Shown here piece after piece: positions 61,073 to 64,000 of a stretch of 64,000 nucleotides of DNA. The notes under the pieces were generated by a model. That model worked only from the letters and a program-made list of their open reading frames with translations. It did no database searches and was not told the DNA's origin. The stretch lies in the NCBI GenBank assembly GCA_022813965.1, contig JALDZS010000042.1, positions 1-64,000 on the forward strand, read 5' to 3'. Position numbers and translations under genes: made by a program. Position 1 is the first letter of the stretch; each line of letters opens with the position of its first letter. This stretch comes from Toensbergia leucococca (taxonomy: Eukaryota).

Positions 61073-62209
61073 GATGACTGCTATTTACATAGATGATTTC
61101 CACAACAAACTTAATACATATATTAAATACCCAATTCATGACTACTGTCCCATTTCATCGATGCTCCAAGTCATAACAGATTGTGAATTTTCCCTTTCCC
61201 CGGCAGTCTCTACCCCATCCATCACACCCAGCGCATATAAATCAATCAAACAGAGAGAAACACACTTTCTTCAACGACACGAGGATCGACACTCCCAAAC
61301 GCTCCAGGAACTGAACAGAGCAAAAACGCAAACCTCCTTTCCCGCGTTTCAGCCTTTCGTGTGGAGAATGTACAGGGATCTTTGACCCCACCATATTCCA
61401 TCCTATTATACTCCTGGGGGCGGGGGGCGGGGCAGCAGACACCTTCATTGCTTCATCTCGATTAGGTACCTTTTATTCATTCCCGCACCGCATGGCCGGT
61501 CCCTGACCTGACTAGCATTACATCTCGGCTCGCGCGCCGAATTTGTCACAAATTCTCCTGCCTTGTCAGCAGACGGGGCGCCCGGCTTGGCTGGGTGTCC
61601 GTGTGGCTGGGGAGAATTGGGTCAAACCCAGTATGTTGCCTAGAGACTGATCGTGCTTATGCGGTGCTTCTTTGCGAATTAATTGCGGCTCGCGGCTTGT
61701 CACATGGACATGCAATGAATTCCATTCAGCGGGCGATATCCGCGTCATAGTATGATTTCCATTGGAATTCAAAGGCGGTTGTTGGGACTGTGGGATCTCA
61801 TCACTTTAGTACTATCAAAGAAAAGTTTTTGAATTTGATCTCGGTAATATTATTACATATTCATTGAATGTTTCGCTGTCATTGACCATTATTGCCAATG
61901 TCATGAAAAGCCTCCGTAAACGGCAAGAGAAAGAAGAAGAAAGCTGCTTGAACAAAATGAAACCCCTGTTTCTCGTTTCGTTCATATCATCAATCGTGAT
62001 CATATACAAATATGAAACATTCAATCCATCTCTTTCCACCTTGCCCGGCGACCCAATTCTTTGCCGCTTGAGAAGAACCCAGCACCCAAAACACCACGCT
62101 ATCTGAGAGCCAAAGAAGAAAAACCCACAACCTAGTAAGAAAAAGTCTACGTAAGGCAAGTATGGAAATTCGGCAGTAGCTATCTCTAACCATGTCAAAA
62201 GCCGCTTGG

Positions 62210-64000
62210 TCAAGCATAGTCCTTAATATCCCGGATCTTACCATGCAACTCTGTATCCAAGAAATTGTAATACGGATCTACCCTGCAAAACGGATGCTGC
62301 ATCAACAGAGTCTCCGCGGTCGGCCTGTCACTGGGATCAATGGTAAAGCAATCTAGCATGAACGCCACCGCCTCGGGGCTGATCTCGTCGGATACGTCGT
62401 CCGGAATAGGCGGCGCCTGGTTTAGGCTCCCCAATTTGTAAATCGCGCCAATGGCTTCTTCTTTCGACCACGGTCTGCGTCCGGCGAACATTTCGAGAAC
62501 GACGCAGCCCAAGGACCAGATGTCTACTTTGGCGCTGTAACCTTGGCCGAGAGAACGAATGACTTCAGGCGCCATCCAGAAGACGGAACCTTGCATGCTG
62601 TTCGTTACGTCGTTGCCATAGATGTTATCCGTTTTCTTCGAGATGCCAAAATCGGAGATCTTGCATGTTCCGTCCACGTCAAGAAGGATGTTGTCGGCTT
62701 TCAAGTCGCGGTGGAGGATGCCTTCTGTGTGCAGGTAGGCTAAACCGGCCAAGGTTTGACGAGTGAGGGAGCTGACAACGCTTTCCTGGAATTTTCCATG
62801 TTTGCGCAGGCAGCTACCTACGCTCCCACCAGAGATGTACTCGAGAAAGATGGAGATGGAGTATTCCTTTCGTTCGCACCCAAGATATTGCACAATGTTG
62901 GGGTGCTCGAGATGTTGCATAGTATCGATTTCTTGGTCAAGAGCGGCGACCATGTCCTTGATCTTATCTTTGTCTTGGCCTGCAGCTTTGTGATTGACTT
63001 CCACCTGTTTCACAGCTAGAAACTCACCCGTGGTAGCGTTGATTCCCAAATAAACACGTCCATAAGTACCTTTGCCAATCATTTGTCCTCGAATTATACG
63101 GAAGGTAGTCTGCCGCTTAGGTAGGTTATCTGGTGGTAACGCCTCAATTAAGCTAACTCGGCTGCCCCTGCCTGGCTTGATCTGAACTATGTTCGCACCA
63201 AACATCTTTGTACTCTTGCGACGAACGATGTCTCCCGACTTGCTAGTCGCTGATGGTAAAGTGCTTCGCTTGCGAGTACCTTCATTGGCTCCTCTAGCAA
63301 CTTCACGAATCGACTTCATACGTCCCAGTCCTCCAGACTTGCGGGCATTGCGCTGGATGATGGTAGCTCTACTTTTAAGAGTGGAGTCCTCTGAACCCAA
63401 AGTGTCAGGCTCTTCAGCTATGGACTCCTCCGCAATTGACATGGGACGGTCTCGGCCGTATTGGGATGATCTACCAATGTACTGCGCTTGGGCTCGTGAA
63501 TTAGGGGCAGGAGGCTCCAGAGAATTATGATCAACCCCGGACATCGGAGAGGCTGGTGGCGAGCCTAGTTGATCATCAAGTAAAGGTTGATCGAGGTCGA
63601 GATTCGGGAAATATGCATCAAGATTATCGAGAAGAGCCTCTGTTGGCGGTCGATTGGCCCACACATCGTCTCTCGCAAAAGACTCGCGTCGAAGTAGTTT
63701 CGACATGGCTTCGGGTGACTGTGCAGAAGCCGTGCCAGAAGTGGCGCCGGAAGTAGCTGACTCAGGGATATGACGCTCTATCTTGGACTGAGAGGAACTC
63801 CCTTCATCGTCAAGTTCCGGGGTATCAGTTGACTGGGCTGTGGATGTGCTTGTAGATGTCTCTGGCGTCTTGAAGGTAACAGACCTGCCTTTGGCTCGAC
63901 GGGTTTCAGTATCTAGACTGAGTGTGGGTCTGCGTTGGATGGCCAGCTCATCGGTAGACTTGGACTGCAGTGCAGACGATCCTACTGCACCGCTTTTGGC
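62210..64000 (-). CDS. BCK1: MAP kinase kinase kinase Bck1/Mkh1 (cell-wall integrity pathway); 5' part lies outside the window
   Basis: RRESFARDDVWANRPP.EAL...LD.YFP; RMKSIREVA; RRKSTKMFGA; kinase motifs IGKGTYGRV, HRDLKADN, KISDFGISK, MQGSVFWMAPE. Confidence 0.96.
   Translation of the reverse strand, partial: AKSGAVGSSALQSKSTDELAIQRRPTLSLDTETRRAKGRSVTFKTPETSTSTSTAQSTDTPELDDEGSSSQSKIERHIPESATSGATSGTASAQSPEAMSKLLRRESFARDDVWANRPPTEALLDNLDAYFPNLDLDQPLLDDQLGSPPASPMSGVDHNSLEPPAPNSRAQAQYIGRSSQYGRDRPMSIAEESIAEEPDTLGSEDSTLKSRATIIQRNARKSGGLGRMKSIREVARGANEGTRKRSTLPSATSKSGDIVRRKSTKMFGANIVQIKPGRGSRVSLIEALPPDNLPKRQTTFRIIRGQMIGKGTYGRVYLGINATTGEFLAVKQVEVNHKAAGQDKDKIKDMVAALDQEIDTMQHLEHPNIVQYLGCERKEYSISIFLEYISGGSVGSCLRKHGKFQESVVSSLTRQTLAGLAYLHTEGILHRDLKADNILLDVDGTCKISDFGISKKTDNIYGNDVTNSMQGSVFWMAPEVIRSLGQGYSAKVDIWSLGCVVLEMFAGRRPWSKEEAIGAIYKLGSLNQAPPIPDDVSDEISPEAVAFMLDCFTIDPSDRPTAETLLMQHPFCRVDPYYNFLDTELHGKIRDIKDYA

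Noticed and set aside
60578..61385. C-terminal half of the listed 416-aa ORF
   Set aside because: Intron read-through. The true frame shifts at the ~60578-60632 intron and stops at 61072.

Overview
Eukaryotic DNA from a filamentous ascomycete (Pezizomycotina). The gene set and intron style suggest this; a lichen-forming Lecanoromycete is plausible but not proven. The window has two compartments. (1) Bases 1-17759 are an AT-rich, C-to-T hypermutated (RIP-like) block of nested dead transposons: a Ty1/copia remnant, two same-family LTRs, a chromodomain Ty3/gypsy pol, a Tad1-like LINE with RNase H behind a repeat-rich 1.9-kb leader, and an internally deleted Mutator-like element (about 100-bp TIRs, 8-bp TSD) inside another LTR. 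(2) Bases 17760-64000 are gene-dense: BSD2, CBP6, the clock gene frq, SCOT, prenylcysteine lyase, VPS4, prefoldin 6, cofactor-independent phosphoglycerate mutase, MED9, SHM2, eIF3k, folliculin/LST7, GRC3, RPA34, TSR4, an F-box gene, PCP1, Ecd/SGT1, a membrane-anchored fucose-lectin-like propeller and partial BCK1. Signals not in the ORF track: a degraded GIY-YIG-like nuclease ORF between MED9 and SHM2 (candidate undescribed mobile element), a U44-like C/D snoRNA in the eIF3k intron, a 256-bp Tc2/pogo-type MITE, a GC-AG intron in VPS4, and an apparent YpCpG bias in the repeat mutations. Gene models, splice sites and family calls were read by eye and from memory; no searches were run.
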